DNA of 55,804 bases from an uncultured Desulfurococcales archaeon (GTDB taxonomy: Archaea; Thermoproteota; Thermoprotei_A; EX4484-217-1), in NCBI GenBank assembly GCA_964496035.1, contig CAZBXI010000002.1:26054-81857 (forward strand). Direction: 5' to 3'. The notes below the pieces were generated by a model, which had not been told where the DNA came from, ran no database searches, and saw only the letters and a program-made list of their open reading frames with translations. This document shows positions 17,956 through 28,620 of the stretch, in pieces. Each line of letters starts with the position of its first letter. Position 1 is the first letter of the stretch. Both the position numbers and the translations under genes were made by a program.

Positions 17956-19533
17956 ATGAGATCAATGCTGTTACTTGCATCCATACTAATACTTGCCTTA
18001 GCTATACTAAGTTCTCCTACTGAAATATTCTTAAACTACATAATAAAAACTAGTGTAGTTGCGGGAAAAGCCTCAGAACAATACCAAATATTACCTTATA
18101 TTGAACCTAGATCCTACAATATTACAGAGAAGCATGTAGTGGCTAAAGCTAACGGAGGATCAATATACCTCAGACTCATAGCCCTGGATGTATATACTGG
18201 CAGAGGATGGACTATTTCAGAAGTTACTTTAGTAGAATATCCTGAAACAACAATTATAGCCTACAAAGCAGGTATTCTCAAAGAAGTCGAAGTAGTGCTT
18301 ACATTAAATCCTAATAGGTTACCCAGGCTTGGGAAACTTTACATAATACCCTACCCTCAGCCATTAGTAGTTCCTGAAGGAATATTATATATTAAATCAT
18401 ATCATCCCGTACTTTACGAGCCATCAGGTATACTTTTTGGGAGCATGGACGTTACTAGAGAAATAATATATGGAATAATCCCTGCATTTGATATTTATCC
18501 CAGAGATAAAGCTTTCATAGCTTCAACGGCGACATTAAGAGATCTTGTTAAGGCAACAAATAGAACCAATACTAGAGTAAACAGAGAACTAACCCTAAGC
18601 GTAACATCAAGAATATACAACATGTCCAGGAAAATATATGCGCGGTTCGAGAATAAAACATTAAATGAACTACTACTATATATTAAGAATTTCCTAAAGG
18701 AGAATACTAAGTATTCTAGGGAAGACATTGAATTGCCCTTAGGTAAGGATTTAGTTGATTACTTCCTGTTTGAAAGGAAAAAAGGTACATGCATACACTA
18801 TGCAAGCACAGCAGCGATACTATTAAGGCTTATGGGCCTAAGAACTAGAGTTGTTGTAGGCTACTTAGGAGAAACACTAGCTAATGGAACAATAGTATAT
18901 AGGGAGCCAGGGCACATGTGGGTTGAAATTCTAATACCATACGTCGGCTGGATACCCTACGATCCATCACCGGAGATAGCTACCACTGCTGAGTCCTTTA
19001 GAAGAACATTAAGGTCCGCTTTAGTGAATATCGCCGTGGTCGAAGAGGAATTCGCCTCAAAACATTTGGAAAACGGAAGAAGAATCAAACTTAAGAGGCT
19101 AGAGTTTAAGAACGAAACATATGCTGAGCCGAGTTTTAGGGAGAAAGAAGCATCATCACTAAGAATAAACATATGGGATTCACTACCGTATATAATGCTA
19201 GGCTTTATGGTACTAGTATACTCTATCTCGGATATTAAAGTAGTATTTGGTAGGCTCTTTAGGCTTTATAGGAAAGAAGAAGTGAGTTTTAAATTTAAAA
19301 AGATCCTTAAAAATCTAAGCATGAAATACGGTTTAACCATTAATGATTATGAGACGCCAAGAGAAGTTATCAGGAAAATATGTAAGCATATCGGTGATTC
19401 AGTGTTGAGAAAAGCTTTATTATCTACTTTAGAAGCATATGAGCAACTAAGCTACGGCAAGGGTAGCTCTAAAGAATTTTACGATAGGTTAAGAAAGCTT
19501 TATAAGCATAATGGTGAAATTCATGATAACTGA
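17956..19533 (+). CDS. transglutaminase-like cysteine protease domain membrane protein
   Basis: 525 aa. The Cys-His-Asp core is in KGTCIHYAS...GHMWVEI...PYDPS, flanked by TM segments. Confidence 0.75.
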   Translation: MRSMLLLASILILALAILSSPTEIFLNYIIKTSVVAGKASEQYQILPYIEPRSYNITEKHVVAKANGGSIYLRLIALDVYTGRGWTISEVTLVEYPETTIIAYKAGILKEVEVVLTLNPNRLPRLGKLYIIPYPQPLVVPEGILYIKSYHPVLYEPSGILFGSMDVTREIIYGIIPAFDIYPRDKAFIASTATLRDLVKATNRTNTRVNRELTLSVTSRIYNMSRKIYARFENKTLNELLLYIKNFLKENTKYSREDIELPLGKDLVDYFLFERKKGTCIHYASTAAILLRLMGLRTRVVVGYLGETLANGTIVYREPGHMWVEILIPYVGWIPYDPSPEIATTAESFRRTLRSALVNIAVVEEEFASKHLENGRRIKLKRLEFKNETYAEPSFREKEASSLRINIWDSLPYIMLGFMVLVYSISDIKVVFGRLFRLYRKEEVSFKFKKILKNLSMKYGLTINDYETPREVIRKICKHIGDSVLRKALLSTLEAYEQLSYGKGSSKEFYDRLRKLYKHNGEIHDN

Positions 19534-19855
19534 AGGACTACTTTTTGAACTTACAGTCCTTATTGCAATTTCTTCATTATTGTTGCGGACATTATACAGG
19601 GTAAATATTGAGAATTTGCCTTTAACGGTAGAAGAGGTCCATATACTCTATGAGGATAAAATTGTTACCCTTGAAAACGCTGTTTTTCTGCATGTAAAGG
19701 AATTCTCTAAAAAGTATGCAATAAAAGCCATACAGAAAATAAGATTGTCTATGCTTTTAGCGAGACTGAGAAGCCTATCTAGAAGGAGAAGAGACTATGT
19801 TGTAATCGGAAGAATATGTGAAAAAATCTATCACATGGTAAGTGAAAGGAAATGA
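19511..19855 (+). CDS. hypothetical small protein in the transglutaminase/DUF58 operon
   Basis: 114 aa ORF that overlaps both neighbours and has one N-terminal hydrophobic helix. No family recognised. Confidence 0.35.
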   Translation: MVKFMITEGLLFELTVLIAISSLLLRTLYRVNIENLPLTVEEVHILYEDKIVTLENAVFLHVKEFSKKYAIKAIQKIRLSMLLARLRSLSRRRRDYVVIGRICEKIYHMVSERK

Positions 19856-21036
19856 TTTACGTCACTAGTAAAACGGTAGGTATAGTTTTAAGCTCAGTTA
19901 TAGTTCTAGTTTTAACATTTATCCTATATCCTTCAATAATAGTTGCTATTTTACCTTCGACTATTCTGCTTTATCTATCAATATCCTTAACCATGTTCAA
20001 GCCCAAAATATCTGTAACATCGCGCATAACACCAAGCACTATAAATTTTGGGGAAATAGCTAATGTACGCGTTAAAATAAGAAGTCTTAAGAAAGTTTAT
20101 GTTGAGATATATGATAATTTACCAAGTACTGTTGAAGTGGTCAAAGGAAAGCCGTGTTATAGAGGAAGGCTGAACAAGAATACTCGTATAGAATTCACGT
20201 ATTCCGTAATACCTTTAACCCCTGGACTACATGAGTGGAAACCTCTCAGAGTCCATGTGAGAGATCCTTTAGGTTTATTTGAAGATGTTGTCCTCTTTGA
20301 TATTCCAAGAAGACTTAGTGTTAAATTACCTAAAACCTATGTTAAGGTGCCTTCCAGAATATTCACTTATAGAACGCTTGGCGTTAGAGAATATTATGAA
20401 CCATTATTTGATAAGGTAAAGCCTTATGCACCTGGCGATAGCTTAAAAAGGATAGTATTTAGAAGCATCCTAATGCCCGGAGGTTTACGTGTTAAACGCT
20501 TTACCAGCGAAGTACACGGTAAAATAATAAAGTCACAAGAATTAAGAGTAGTGCTTTTAATTAGCAGGGATTTTATACGTTTTTTCCATAAAGCATACGC
20601 TTTAGTCTTGTATGGTGTTTACAGGTTTTTCATTGAAAGCACTATGCTTGGTTGCTCTTTCAGCATAGCGTTTAATAATGTTCTAAAACAAGTAAAAAAC
20701 TTTAACGAGCTTCATCGGGCTCTGAGTATGTTCAACGGAATGCCTGATAAAGAGCTACTAGCTATGCTAATGAGGAACTTTAAGGGAATTATTATCGTAG
20801 ACTATTTAACGCTACTTAGATTCTATAGAAAGCTTCAAGAAATAGACACACCTATACTTGTTATTATGCCCATTCCTGATAATTACGAATTACTGGACGA
20901 GATCAAGGGATTAGGTGAAGTACTGAAGGAATTCAAGAAAAAGTACATGAGAGAGATCTCGGTGCTAAAGCTAAGAGAAGTACGGCTAATTTCACGCTCA
21001 ATAGACTTTGAAAAGTTTCTTGAGGAGATTCTATGA
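19852..21036 (+). CDS. DUF58-family protein (MoxR-associated)
   Basis: 394 aa with two N-terminal TM helices. YAPGDSLKRIVFRS fits the DUF58 Y-x-x-GD...I(D/V)W/F motif. Confidence 0.6.
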   Translation: MIYVTSKTVGIVLSSVIVLVLTFILYPSIIVAILPSTILLYLSISLTMFKPKISVTSRITPSTINFGEIANVRVKIRSLKKVYVEIYDNLPSTVEVVKGKPCYRGRLNKNTRIEFTYSVIPLTPGLHEWKPLRVHVRDPLGLFEDVVLFDIPRRLSVKLPKTYVKVPSRIFTYRTLGVREYYEPLFDKVKPYAPGDSLKRIVFRSILMPGGLRVKRFTSEVHGKIIKSQELRVVLLISRDFIRFFHKAYALVLYGVYRFFIESTMLGCSFSIAFNNVLKQVKNFNELHRALSMFNGMPDKELLAMLMRNFKGIIIVDYLTLLRFYRKLQEIDTPILVIMPIPDNYELLDEIKGLGEVLKEFKKKYMREISVLKLREVRLISRSIDFEKFLEEIL

Positions 21037-21662
21037 GAGATCGTGTAAAAAACATGTCATACAATTATTTGTTACTTATCATTTCAGCCGTATTACCTGT
21101 GCTCTATATTACTGAAGTAATTACTGAAAATATGTTTCATAAACTATTATATGTAATATTTTTCACCTTATCATCTTATGCTGTGCTTCTTGAAAAATAT
21201 AAGTTTCACATGCTAATGTTCTTCATAGGTGCTGTTCTCACATACGTTGGTATGCCTTTTCCCCTAATATTATCCTTATGGTTATTTTCCCTAGTATTTT
21301 CAAGAAAACCTTATGCCATAATATTAGGTGCTGGAGTAGCATACGTGATTATGCTCAAGTTGAAAACTCTTGGTCTTGAAAGTAGTTTAGCTCCATATAG
21401 CTCTATTATATTAGATACGAGTTTGAACTATCTTGAACTATCACTTATTCTTCTAGGACTGATCTCCGTAATAGCCATAGCATTTATAGCTGATGTGAAA
21501 CGTTTTGAAATCGGTAGTTTAGCTCAAATACTAGCTTTAGTAGTTATCGTAGAAGCAATATTGGTAGTTATCTCATGGGTAAATGTTTTAACGTCTGTGG
21601 TAACTGTTTATGGTATTTCAACAATACTGTTTATTAGAGCTATTGAAAAGCATCGTACGTAA
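21033..21662 (+). CDS. polytopic membrane protein
   Basis: 209 aa with about 6 hydrophobic helices and a 4-nt overlap with the DUF58 gene. Confidence 0.5.
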   Translation: MRDRVKNMSYNYLLLIISAVLPVLYITEVITENMFHKLLYVIFFTLSSYAVLLEKYKFHMLMFFIGAVLTYVGMPFPLILSLWLFSLVFSRKPYAIILGAGVAYVIMLKLKTLGLESSLAPYSSIILDTSLNYLELSLILLGLISVIAIAFIADVKRFEIGSLAQILALVVIVEAILVVISWVNVLTSVVTVYGISTILFIRAIEKHRT

Positions 21663-21663
21663 T

Positions 21664-22626
21664 CTACCATGGAACTCTAATTTTCTTTAATATCTCTTCA
21701 TTTATTATATTTACTATCTTAGCGTAATTTTCCCTTGGCGTTCCATACCCTGCTACTCTGGGGTTAAGCCTTATTCTATGCCATAGAACATATGGTGCAA
21801 GATACTTTACATCATCGGGTATAACGTATTTTCTCCCGCGTATTGCTGCAAGGGCTTTGGCTGTTCTTAAAAGGGTAACCGATGTTCTTGGCGAAACACC
21901 TAGCACTATTTCAGGTATTTCTCTAGTTCTCTGAACAATTTCGACAATGTACTTCATAATTTTCCGTTCAATATGTACTTCTGAAGCTTCATTTATTGCC
22001 TTAACTAAGTCATCTCTTGAAATTATAGGGCTTAACCTTGGTTCTAGACCTTTAAGTTCATGGTCTTTTGCAACAATAGCTAGTTCAACATCTAAACCAG
22101 GATAGTCTAGGTTTATAGCTAAACTGAACCGGTCAATTTGCGTTTCAGGTAGTGGAAACACGCCCTCGGTTTCCCATGGGTTTTCTGTGGCAATTATCAT
22201 GAAGGGTTCAGGTAGGTTATAGGTGTCACCTTCTATGGTAACGCATCTTTCCTGCATAGCTTCTAATAGCGCGCTTTGGGTTTTAGGTGATGCTCTATTT
22301 ATCTCATCAATTAAGACTATGTTCGCAAATATAGGGCCTAAAACAGTTCTTAATTCTCCTGTTTTAGGATCTACTATTTTCGCGCCGATTATGTCTGAAG
22401 GTATCATGTCCGGGGTCATTTGTATTCTTTTAAATTTCAACCCTAGAACTTCGGCAAATAGCTTGGCCATCAGTGTTTTCGCTGTGCCTGGAGGGCCTTC
22501 GATGAGCATATGTCCTCTACTTAGGAGAGTTACCGTCATTAACTCTATTTCCCTTAACCTGTCTATAACATAGTCGCTAATAGTTCTTTGTATTTTTTCG
22601 AAAATTTTCTGCGCTAAAGTAGTCAA
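21664..22626 (-). CDS. MoxR-family AAA+ ATPase
   Basis: 320 aa. Walker A GPPGTAKT, Walker B VLIDEINRA, LLEAMQE, and the ATENP sensor region are typical of MoxR. Confidence 0.9.
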   Translation of the reverse strand: MTTLAQKIFEKIQRTISDYVIDRLREIELMTVTLLSRGHMLIEGPPGTAKTLMAKLFAEVLGLKFKRIQMTPDMIPSDIIGAKIVDPKTGELRTVLGPIFANIVLIDEINRASPKTQSALLEAMQERCVTIEGDTYNLPEPFMIIATENPWETEGVFPLPETQIDRFSLAINLDYPGLDVELAIVAKDHELKGLEPRLSPIISRDDLVKAINEASEVHIERKIMKYIVEIVQRTREIPEIVLGVSPRTSVTLLRTAKALAAIRGRKYVIPDDVKYLAPYVLWHRIRLNPRVAGYGTPRENYAKIVNIINEEILKKIRVPW

Positions 22627-22629
22627 CGT

Positions 22630-23349
22630 TTATTCCCGCATAAGTTTTGTTATTATTCTGCTTCTTTCCCTAAATACTTTCTCCTTATTCTCCTCAGCAA
22701 CTCTCCTAATTTCACCTTTAATCTTAGAAATCCATTCTTTCAATCCTATATCAAACCATATGTCTTTAAATTCGCTAACAAGTTTAGCCATTAACGTAAC
22801 AGATCTACCTACATTAGCTGCTTCTAAGAGTGTTTCATTATCGTTTAAAACATCTCCTTGCACATTAAAGAAGGATAATGCAAATGGAGGTATTATGAAA
22901 CCCATGGAGTTTAGCGTAGCATACATTAGGGATATGAGCTGTATTTCACCACTATCGTTGCCTACAGCGATAATGCCTGCTACTTTACCTTCAACCCAGC
23001 TTCTACCGCTAACGAAAATCATGTTTTCTAAAGCAGTTAATCTATCAATTACTCTTTTAATTATACTCGATGGAGAGTACCAGTATATTGGTGTTGCAAA
23101 AATTACCCCATCAGCTTTAAGTATCTCGTCATATATTTTCCTCATATCATCGTCAATAACACAGGGGTATCTACATGCTAGAGGTTCATCAGATAAACAT
23201 CCAATGCAGTCTTTAATATCATACTCGTAAAGATTAATGATTTCTGTTGTTGCACCAAGTTTCTTTGCTGCTTCCAAGGCTATTTTCAGCAATTTGTAAG
23301 TATTACCGTATGTTCTAGGCGATCCATTTAAACCCAAGATGTATACCAT
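22630..23349 (-). CDS. NAD(P)H-dependent FMN reductase / iron-sulfur flavoprotein-like
   Basis: 239 aa. It has a flavodoxin-like N-terminus (ILGLNGSPRTYGNTYKL), a compact Cys cluster (CIGCLSDEPLACRYPC) and PIYWY. Confidence 0.65.
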   Translation of the reverse strand: MVYILGLNGSPRTYGNTYKLLKIALEAAKKLGATTEIINLYEYDIKDCIGCLSDEPLACRYPCVIDDDMRKIYDEILKADGVIFATPIYWYSPSSIIKRVIDRLTALENMIFVSGRSWVEGKVAGIIAVGNDSGEIQLISLMYATLNSMGFIIPPFALSFFNVQGDVLNDNETLLEAANVGRSVTLMAKLVSEFKDIWFDIGLKEWISKIKGEIRRVAEENKEKVFRERSRIITKLMRE

Positions 23350-23390
23350 GGGTAATCACCCAAGACCATGCTATCTAGAAACCTACTCTG

Positions 23391-24143
23391 CTAAACAGTA
23401 AATAATTTTCTAAAATTATTGTAAATAATTTTCTTGACATCCTCAACACTAAGCTTCTTTACCTTTGAAACATATTCTACGGTTTCCTTCACCATTAGCG
23501 GGTTAAGTTTCAAACCACGATAAATATAGGGCCCATCACTTTCAGTAAGTAGAAATTCTAAGTCCAAGTAATCTATGATCCTTCTATGCTTGTCTTGAAT
23601 TGTGAAAGCAGGGTTTATTGAAATAAAGTAGCCTGAATATGTTATCTCATCTACGAGTTCTATGGGTCCTGTATACCAGTGGAAAACCGCTTTCTCAATA
23701 TCGTATTTTCTAAGAAGTTCTAGGACTTCGCTCCATGTATTTACTGCATGTATGTTTACAGTTAACTCATACTCTCGTGCTGCTTGAAGAAACTCCATGA
23801 AGAATTCTCTTTGCCTATCTATTGTCTCAGGAACAAATTTTCTATCTAGACCTATTTCACCTAAACATTTAACATCGTATTTACCTATAAGGTTAATTAC
23901 TTCCTTAACATGTTTTCTAGGAGTATTGCTCACCTCCCAAGGATGTATTCCAATACATGGTACGATGTTATTGAATTTAGAGGCCAAATTTAGTGTTTCA
24001 ATAGAAGATTCAAGGTCGTCTGAAACTGCGGCAATAACAAGTACCTTCAAATATTCTACCATGTCGTTGATATCATACTCGTAAAGGTGGCAGTGCGAGT
24101 CTACATAAGGTATATTCAAAACCCACCCCTCATTGTCGCACAT
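23391..24143 (-). CDS. TatD-family metal-dependent hydrolase
   Basis: 250 aa. Motifs are DSHCHL, GIHPW, GEIGLD, NIHA and ESDGP. Confidence 0.8.
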   Translation of the reverse strand: MCDNEGWVLNIPYVDSHCHLYEYDINDMVEYLKVLVIAAVSDDLESSIETLNLASKFNNIVPCIGIHPWEVSNTPRKHVKEVINLIGKYDVKCLGEIGLDRKFVPETIDRQREFFMEFLQAAREYELTVNIHAVNTWSEVLELLRKYDIEKAVFHWYTGPIELVDEITYSGYFISINPAFTIQDKHRRIIDYLDLEFLLTESDGPYIYRGLKLNPLMVKETVEYVSKVKKLSVEDVKKIIYNNFRKLFTV

Positions 24144-24244
24144 TATATGGACATGTTTCTCATGTTTATTTAAAATTATGTTAGGTACTTTTATTTTAAA
24201 CTTTAAAAATACAGAAGTACGCTAATAGCGAGGATAAGGGCGTA

Positions 24245-24868
24245 ATGTTAGTAGCTATGGGGAGAGAAACTATGAAAGCATGTAGAGTCGCAATTTACGT
24301 AGGACCTAAATGTGTGACATGTAAGGAGATGATTGAGGAAATATGTGGTGCAGATAATAGGCTGAATTTGGGATTAACTGTAGAAGTTATTGAAAAAGAG
24401 CATGAATATTTTAAGAAAACAAGAGCTCCTATGACTGTGTTTTTCGGCGTTTTTGATGGAAGACTAAGGTACGTCGGTTGGATGTGCTGCCATATGGTTA
24501 GGGTTATTGAGAAAAACTTAATAATGCTTGCTAAGTCAGTGAAAGCTAAAATACCTAAGGATTTACTGGAAACTCTTCGACAATTAAATAAATTGAATAT
24601 TGAAATGTTCACTTCACCTCTATGTCCTACAGGTTGTCCAGATATTGCTGAAGCATTAGCTAACATCGTTACTGCATGCAGTAATGTTTCCTGCACTGTT
24701 GTAGGAGCTATAGAAGCTCTAGATTTAATGGACGAACTTGGAATTTCAAAATTACCAACATTAATTTTAAATAACAAGCTGAAATGCTCTCCTAGAGGTA
24801 AATCTGTTAAAGATGCTTATAATAGTTTAAAGGAAATCATAGTTAAAAACTTGGATAAGATAAGATGA
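24245..24868 (+). CDS. two-domain thioredoxin/glutaredoxin-like protein (protein disulfide oxidoreductase-like)
   Basis: 207 aa. The first motif is CVTC (CxxC). The second half carries SPLCPTGCPD (CxxxC) plus KLPTL (cis-Pro loop). Confidence 0.5.
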   Translation: MLVAMGRETMKACRVAIYVGPKCVTCKEMIEEICGADNRLNLGLTVEVIEKEHEYFKKTRAPMTVFFGVFDGRLRYVGWMCCHMVRVIEKNLIMLAKSVKAKIPKDLLETLRQLNKLNIEMFTSPLCPTGCPDIAEALANIVTACSNVSCTVVGAIEALDLMDELGISKLPTLILNNKLKCSPRGKSVKDAYNSLKEIIVKNLDKIR

Positions 24869-24937
24869 TAATTTATTTAGCAAAGAAGTTAAATAGTATT
24901 CCAACATCTTAAGCTTTTAGGTGAAAATTTTGCACCA

Positions 24938-26293
24938 ATGGAATTAAAACAGTTAAAATCTATACTTAACCCCGAACTTCTACCAAGTAAATGGTATAAC
25001 ATTGTTCCAGAACTTCCTGAACCCCCTCCACCACCTTTAGATCCGCAAACATTAAAGCCGATAAGTATTTCTAAGCTTGAAAGACTATTTGCGAAAGAGC
25101 TAATTAGACAGGAAGTCTCTACTGAAATTTTCATAAAAATACCTGAGGAAATTAGAGAAGCGTATATTGAACTTAGCAGACCAACGCCGCTCTTTAGAGC
25201 TTATAGGCTTGAGAAAGCGCTGAATACTCCAGCTAAAATATACTTTAAGTATGAAGGAGTCTTACCTACAGGAGCTCATAAGGTAAATACTGCAGTAGCT
25301 CAAGTATATTACAATAAGGTTCAAGGCATTGAAAGAGTTGTTACAGAAACTGGAGCTGGGCAGTGGGGTAGTGCGCTATCACTTGCAGGGGCAATATATG
25401 GTGTTAAAGTTAGGGTCTTCATGGTTAGAAGTAGTTATATGCAGAAACCTTACAGGAGAATTTTGATGGAAATCTACGGTGCAGAAGTGTTTCCAAGCCC
25501 AAGCACAATAACTAGTGTTGGAAGAAAAATTCTAAAAGAGGACCCAGAACACCCAGGAAGTTTAGGTATAGCTATAAGTGAAGCTATAGAGGATGTTTTA
25601 AGGGATGAGAAGAGCAGGTACTGTCTAGGTAGTGTTCTAAACCATGTGCTATTACACCAGACAATTATAGGTTTAGAAGCTAAAATGCAAATGGAGGAGC
25701 TTGGAGAATACCCTAACTACATTATTGGATGTGTTGGCGGTGGAAGTAATTTTGCAGGAATAGCTTACCCGTTTGTAAGGGACGTTTTAAAGGGTAAAAG
25801 TGTGATAGAATTCGTAGCTGTTGAACCTAAAGCAGCACCAACAATGACTCGTGGAAAATACACATATGACTATGGAGATACAGGAGAATTAACACCACTG
25901 CTTAAAATGCACACCGTAGGCCATAAGTACAGGGTGCCTCCAATACATGCTGGAGGGTTAAGATATCATGGAGTAGCGCCGACAATAAGCATTCTAGTAA
26001 ACCATGGGATAGTAAAACCAATAGCCTATCATCAAAACGAAGTTTTTAGAGCGGCAGTTTTCTTCTCAAAACACGAAGGAATAGTTCCAGCGCCGGAATC
26101 AGCACATGCGGTAAAAGCGGCAATAGATATTGCAAGAAACCTTAAGAAAAGCAACGAAAAGAAAGTGATACTATTCAACCTAAGCGGTCATGGACTACTA
26201 GATCTATCAGGTTATCAAGAATATCTTGAAGGAAAACTACCAGACTATGAACCTGAAAGAATAAACCTAATGTATCTGCCAAAGATACAGTGA
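24938..26293 (+). CDS. tryptophan synthase beta chain-like protein, TrpB2 type
   Basis: 451 aa. The long TrpB2-type N-terminus and the motifs TGAHKVN (PLP lysine), [11 protein letters not shown] and LSGHG support the call. Confidence 0.85.
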   Translation: MELKQLKSILNPELLPSKWYNIVPELPEPPPPPLDPQTLKPISISKLERLFAKELIRQEVSTEIFIKIPEEIREAYIELSRPTPLFRAYRLEKALNTPAKIYFKYEGVLPTGAHKVNTAVAQVYYNKVQGIERVVTETGAGQWGSALSLAGAIYGVKVRVFMVRSSYMQKPYRRILMEIYGAEVFPSPSTITSVGRKILKEDPEHPGSLGIAISEAIEDVLRDEKSRYCLGSVLNHVLLHQTIIGLEAKMQMEELGEYPNYIIGCVGGGSNFAGIAYPFVRDVLKGKSVIEFVAVEPKAAPTMTRGKYTYDYGDTGELTPLLKMHTVGHKYRVPPIHAGGLRYHGVAPTISILVNHGIVKPIAYHQNEVFRAAVFFSKHEGIVPAPESAHAVKAAIDIARNLKKSNEKKVILFNLSGHGLLDLSGYQEYLEGKLPDYEPERINLMYLPKIQ

Positions 26294-26327
26294 AGCTCTA
26301 ACTTATTTTTAACCTTTAATTTCATCA

Positions 26328-27512
26328 TCACGTTTCCGTAGCTATAAATGACTCAGCATGCTCTGCTAATGTTTCAAGCACTTTGCCCGCATCTATCTGG
26401 GCTATGGGTGGTATAGTTCTTTGTTTTGGAGGTTCCTCTCCAGGTTTAAGTATTCCTCTCGTTACTAGCTCGTCAAGAATTTGTTCTTTTAACTCCTCAT
26501 CACATAATGGACTATGATATATTATTGATAATGATTTTAAAATCATTTCCTTAATGTGCTCTGTTCCTCTTTCTTCATGAACATGCGGGTTTCTTGGCTC
26601 AACCTGAAATACTTCAACACCTTTACTTATAACATCTTCATACTTTGTTTGTTTTAGGCCGCTAAACTGCTCAACTAAGTATATTAGTTCATATGGTTCT
26701 ATAGCAAACCCTTCAGCAAATTCCATAACTTCAGCAAGCTTCATAGTCATTGCGTGGTCTCCTGAATTTCCTGTTTTAACTATATCTGTTTCGAAACGGG
26801 TTAATCTCCCAAGTAGCATATTAATGTATTTGTTAGTTATCTCAGATACCCTACCTCTCCTTCTAAAGTAGAACCCTTTACCTACGAATTTTGTTTTATA
26901 AGGCCATCTAATTCTAACCATAGCGTATGGTGTTCTTGAAGCTAAGAATGTGGAAGCATATATTTTAGCATACTCATAAACAGCTCCTGGAATGTAGTTG
27001 TCAGAATCTATGAAACCTATAAATTCTTTACCTAAAGCCTTAGCCAATATTATACCTAAAACCATACCTTCCCCTTTACCATCTCTTACAACATCACCCT
27101 CTAAAATACTTGTGTAATTTACCTTCTTCAACGCGAGACCCCATGCTGGATCCTTCTGATGTATCATAATGAACGACCTTCTAGAGAACCTGTAGAAGTG
27201 AAGTACAGTATCTACCTCTATTTGATAACGGTCAATAGGAGCTCTTGAAGAATTAGACACAATAATAACCAGTACGTCATGAGGTATACCGCTTAAAACA
27301 CCTTCTAGGATATTTGGTTTTTCATTTTTAACTGGAAGAATTATCGCCATTCTACTTTCTACTTCCTTTATTTCATCAACGCTGAATCTTAACACGTGGA
27401 AGTCTTCACTTAAGCTTTTCATACTTCCACTATCCATTTCTATAACACGCTGCACATCGTGTATTCTTAAAGCGCCAAGTCTTTCAGAATATCGTGGAAT
27501 TTCAATTCTCAA
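26328..27512 (-). CDS. mpgS: mannosyl-3-phosphoglycerate synthase
   Basis: 394 aa and colinear with the Pyrococcus MPGS as I remember it: IHDVQRVIEMD, PVKNEK, IIVSNS, IMIHQKDP, GKGEGM, DSDNYIPGAV, GRVSEITN, GDHAMTMKLAE, NPHVHEE. Confidence 0.9.
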   Translation of the reverse strand: MRIEIPRYSERLGALRIHDVQRVIEMDSGSMKSLSEDFHVLRFSVDEIKEVESRMAIILPVKNEKPNILEGVLSGIPHDVLVIIVSNSSRAPIDRYQIEVDTVLHFYRFSRRSFIMIHQKDPAWGLALKKVNYTSILEGDVVRDGKGEGMVLGIILAKALGKEFIGFIDSDNYIPGAVYEYAKIYASTFLASRTPYAMVRIRWPYKTKFVGKGFYFRRRGRVSEITNKYINMLLGRLTRFETDIVKTGNSGDHAMTMKLAEVMEFAEGFAIEPYELIYLVEQFSGLKQTKYEDVISKGVEVFQVEPRNPHVHEERGTEHIKEMILKSLSIIYHSPLCDEELKEQILDELVTRGILKPGEEPPKQRTIPPIAQIDAGKVLETLAEHAESFIATET

Positions 27513-27640
27513 TTAGACTCGCCTCAGATGTTTTGACTTCTTATGTCAAACTATGTGGTCTAAGTTTAATTTAACGTTTCCCGAAAAGTTAGATTTACAT
27601 TTTAAGAAATAAATGTTTTAAATACAGAAGATTCTATGCT

Positions 27641-28612
27641 GTGGTGGCAATATTGTACTTAGACATTGCCGTTAGAGGAGCTAAAAGTAGTTACTACGTT
27701 AGAACAATAATTGACTGGCTATATGAAATTAAAGACATTATTGAAGATGAATATTCGGCTAAAGTGAAAATCCATCATGTTGAAGAACCTTCAGAAATAC
27801 CTGAAGTATATGTTTGTGGAGAATTTGCTTTTTCAGGTTTACCGGATAATGAAGGAGAACTTATCGAAATTATAAAGTCTGTTGTTGAGAGAAAAATTAT
27901 AAAGCAAGAGAATATCAACTTATGTTCTAAGAAGGAGAAGTATGGTGGTGAAAAACTGAAGGAAGAACATGTTTGCGGATATCATGATGCAGCAAGCCTG
28001 AATAGTACAAAAGACACGTCCTCCCTAGAAAAGATCGTTCATGATATTGAGAAAATGGTGATCGACACCTTAGGTTTTGAACCAGTTCATGGATTCCCGC
28101 ACATTGAGAGAGTTATGAAAATTGCTTTTAAACTCGCTGAAGACTTTAAAGAAGTAAATCCTTTAGTTCTTAAATTAGCTGTTCTGCTTCACGATATTGG
28201 CAGGGTTGAAGAGGAAACATTACGTAAACATCATGCTATTCTTAGTGCGGAGATGGCTAAGAAGCTTCTAGTACAGTATGGGTTCTCTCAAGAAATCATA
28301 GACAAAGTTGTTGACGCTATTCTAGCCCATAGTTTTACCTTAAAATATACACCTAAGACTATTGAAGGTAGAATTCTAAGCGATGCCGATAAGCTTGATG
28401 CCTTGGGTGCCGTTGGTATTATGAGAGTTTTTATGGAATCCGCTTACAGAGGTAGAACCTTGGAGGAAGCAATAAATCACTTCTATGAAAAGCTGTTTAA
28501 GCTAAAAGATCTCATGTGGACCGAAAAAGCTAAGAAAATGGCTGAGAAAAGATATAAGTTCATGGTTTACTTCCTAGACAGATTGGAGAAGGAAATAGAA
28601 GCAGAAGAGTAA
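27641..28612 (+). CDS. HD-domain phosphohydrolase with uncharacterised N-terminal domain
   Basis: 323 aa. The C-terminal half has H...HDIGR...D(ADKLD). The N-terminal ~130 aa are unassigned. Confidence 0.7.
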   Translation: MVAILYLDIAVRGAKSSYYVRTIIDWLYEIKDIIEDEYSAKVKIHHVEEPSEIPEVYVCGEFAFSGLPDNEGELIEIIKSVVERKIIKQENINLCSKKEKYGGEKLKEEHVCGYHDAASLNSTKDTSSLEKIVHDIEKMVIDTLGFEPVHGFPHIERVMKIAFKLAEDFKEVNPLVLKLAVLLHDIGRVEEETLRKHHAILSAEMAKKLLVQYGFSQEIIDKVVDAILAHSFTLKYTPKTIEGRILSDADKLDALGAVGIMRVFMESAYRGRTLEEAINHFYEKLFKLKDLMWTEKAKKMAEKRYKFMVYFLDRLEKEIEAEE

Positions 28613-28620
28613 GATTAGAA

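Noticed and set aside
24295-24777. Long antisense ORFs nested in real genes: 24295..24777 (-), 22760..23230 (+), 35560..36063 (-), 36139..36591 (-) and 13955..14305 (-).
   Set aside because: Each lies wholly inside a gene with strong family motifs on the opposite strand and shows Ser/Leu-rich low-complexity translation. They are shadow ORFs.
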